A stretch of DNA of 64,000 bases from Balanoglossus misakiensis (lineage: Eukaryota > Animalia > Hemichordata): positions 11,583,625-11,647,624 of the forward strand of contig CM082579.2 in the NCBI GenBank assembly GCA_040954595.2. Reading direction: 5' to 3'. Below the pieces are notes generated by a model, which saw only the letters and a program-made list of their open reading frames with translations, had not been told where the DNA came from and did no database searches. Made by a program: the position numbers and the translations under genes. This document shows positions 33,871-64,000 of the stretch, one piece after another. Within the stretch, counting starts at the first letter, position 1, and every line of letters begins with the position of its first letter.

Positions 33871-36569
33871 CATTAACAGTACGAGATTTCGCACAAGCAA
33901 CATGACAGGCCCCTGTGGCAAATATAGCATCACAAATTATTTCATCAGATCTATGAGTTGGCATCTAGTGTCTGTTGGCACGGCAACATTCTAGATGTAC
34001 TTTCATGTTCTTTTACGTATGGTCTTCTTCGCACTTGCGCTCACATGGGCATAACCCTGAAAAAGATAATTATGTATTTGCTTTGTTTGCTATGCACATA
34101 CGCTTGAGGGTACCTGTACGCCTTCTTGTATTTTTTTTCTGTAAATGTTTCTACTTCCCTTGAATATAGGCCGGAGGCCTATAAAACACGCAATAAAACA
34201 AAGTAACAGTCCACACGGGCCACACAAAAAACGCAAAGAAGCTGCCACGAAAAGACCCGGCGTTGTAATGCCACCTACATCGTGTAAATAACCAATACAC
34301 AGACTATAGAGTACTTTGCAAACGCCATTTATCGCCACAAATGGTCGGGCCACATGTTGACATAATCGATAAGGGTTGACAAGGACGTCACGATAGTATT
34401 GGGGGCGTTTATCCGACTTATTGACAGTCACGTACACGAGCCACAAACAACACAAAGAATCTGTCACGAAAAGGTCATGCGTTGAAATTCCGCCTACATC
34501 GTGTAAATAACCAATAATTTGACATTATCATGAATAATATCTAGCAGCCAGAATCCTGCAAGATTAAAAAGTCTATGGGCCTGCGCGACTTACGTGTTCA
34601 CAGTATAAACCGGAACAAGAATTTAATTTGTTATGACATAACTAAGCCCATAGACTATGGGAAAGCCTAACATAAATATGTATTGCTGTATATTGTTCAA
34701 TGTTTATACAATGCTATGGATACCACCGCGGGTACATGGGCAGCAAACATTCCAGGACTTTTCAGGGTCACCATGATTACATTAAAAATCATAGGCATTT
34801 CTTACAACTGTTCCTTTCATATCCTTGATATATTGATTGGTCGAAAACACTGGTATTTACTTGTTGGTGTGTATTATTCGTCGAATGTTTACGTCACTTA
34901 TAGCTATAATTACATTGGAGCGCCCCCCCCCAAAAAAAAAAGAAAAAAAAAAAAGAAAAAAACATTACAAGTTAATTACCGTCAATGTGGGTTGTAATGC
35001 ATATTGATTGCATTATTCGTTAAGGAATCTTATTGCAACACGGTAATCCAAAAACACCTTGTAATTTCATAAAGACGAGTATCTGGAACCAAAGAGTGGA
35101 TTTTCTAGTCGAAACGGGAAACTGTGATATGATTGGATAAAGAGTCAGATATGGGTTGTATAAGACAAAACATATGAAGCAGACGTTTATGTCGCTTTCT
35201 CATATTCAACTGAAGATAACTTTAGATTATTCTCTAAAATTGAGCGTAAAAATCGGTGGTCACCTTGCAAAATTTTGAATGTGAGACCGGAATATTCTCA
35301 AATTTGATATTTGAAAGGACCTCCAATCTATATACATGTATTAAGTCTATGGAGAAAGTTATGAAGAAAATTACGGCGATTTCCACGAAAACAAGACTGT
35401 GAATACTCAGTTTTCTTATTTTTTCAAAAAGGCACCGTACACACTTTACTATTGCAAAGAAGTGGATGGTTTGGGTACTAATTTTTCTGAAAATATATCC
35501 GTTAGACGCAATATTTTATTCCTATTTCGTGATGCGTTATCAAGAGCTCGTATGACACTCTCAGTGCTCGACAGAAAACTGCCATGGATACACAAAAAAA
35601 GACACTGACAAATGTCAAGAGTTAGGCGTACAGGTCATGCTTAAATTCAACTCGCGATGCATGATGGTTGCAGCCTCCAACATAAAAAACATGCTGAGAA
35701 GTGCTGGACCTGCTGAAACTGTCCACAAATTGAAAAGAGAGAGAGAAGTTTGGTAAATAGTTTTCTAATATCGTCATATCATAATATCAAATGTTATAAA
35801 TGTCGACCATCATGCATCGCTTTTGTCTCAAGTCGGCCATCTTTGCCCGGAGATTTGTCTGTGGTGTTTCCCCAGACCCTCTTTCTGTGTGCCTAACGGA
35901 AGAAGCAGAGGGCTCTGGGTAACCGAGACTATATTTTACTAATCCACAATGAGTATTTTCGTGCTAGTTGTAAATTCATGTGAATGGTATTGTGACTTTG
36001 GTCAAGTTGCTGTTCAAGTTGACGTGGCCTTTTCAAGTGTTGGTCCAGTCGGGATGAGAAAAAAATACTAAGACAGGCCAAATTTGAATAATCATGGAAT
36101 ATTTTATTAAAGGGAAATTAGCTGTAACTTTTGACTTTATTTTCAGTATTCTTGTTCTGTGTCCCAAATGCAATTTCTTGTTCTACACCAAACAGCATGC
36201 TAATATACCCAGTACTTCCAGTACGTGTACACACAAACTATCGCAACACAGTGACATATAGTGATGTTTATACCATAACCCCCTTAGTATATAAGAGCAT
36301 GGTTTATGGAATAGGGTACACGGCTTATTGTCAGTTAATATGTTTAAAACACTGCAACAAATCTACCAATACATTCATGTTCAACGGTTTTGTATACATT
36401 ACAATAAACGTAGCCAATTTCAGATTTTACAAGTGTCGTAAAATTTCACCCTCGCGCCAACAATTTCTCGAAGACTTCTGTTTTTCTCCTTTGGATAAGC
36501 CACTGTTAACTCATTATGCATACTCTCTCCGTATCGCACAGCATTATGTATTCATGCTACATTACAGTT

Positions 36570-36866
36570 GTATTCTTAACTATCTTCCCAAAGTTATCCA
36601 TCTTGTCCTAAAACATAGTATATAACTTATAGAGGTCATGACATCGAAAAACTACCCATCACCTTCAATTTTCGATATTCTTAAGTTATCCATCTCGATT
36701 TAAAATGTTGTATATTACTTATAAGGCAGGTCATTACACCCTAAAAACTACCCATCACCTTCAATTTTCGATATTCTTAAGTTATCCATCACGATTTAAA
36801 ATGTTGTATATTACTTATAAGACAGGTCATTACACCCTAAAATCTTCCCATCAACTTCAACTTTCA
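36570..36866. repeat. 96-bp minisatellite, ~3 copies, just downstream of the lectin-gene stop codon
   Basis: actacccatcaccttcaattttcgatattcttaagttatccatc at 36651 and 36747, degenerate at 36843. Confidence 0.85.
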
Positions 36867-36945
36867 CCACCATGCATACATGTACATGTTATAATTGAAT
36901 GTCCTATCGTCATATTTGAGTCACGCGAGTCTCGTAACGGGTAAA

Positions 36946-64000
<27,055 letters not shown>

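Overview
Intron-rich animal genomic DNA, AT-rich and full of (TATG)n microsatellites. It looks like a marine invertebrate deuterostome such as a hemichordate (inference). Two large minus-strand, multi-exon genes fill most of the window. (1) About 1-27100 holds the 5' half of an RNF213/mysterin-like giant AAA+ ATPase/E3 ligase: 40 phase-consistent exons and about 2,550 aa in the window, continuing beyond base 1. It has a CBM20-like N-terminal domain, a UBA-like insert and one GC-AG intron. (2) 36946 to beyond 64000 holds the 3' part of a very large, apparently secreted mosaic lectin-like protein (about 3,060 aa in the window): a LamG-like domain, TEN tandem pentraxin domains, a Thr/Pro/Glu linker and FOUR F-type lectin (FTP/fucolectin) domains, then the stop codon. 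All ten pentraxins lack the canonical Ca2+-binding acidic residues, and all four F-lectin domains lack the fucose-binding His. Introns and the intergenic region carry a foldback-like element, TTAA-flanked MITEs, a 439-bp tandem duplication, a templated insertion flanked by a 41-bp direct repeat, and a piece of an RNF213 intron that recurs three times inside a microsatellite array of the lectin gene. Exon boundaries were read by hand from splice signals and phase continuity; no database search was run.
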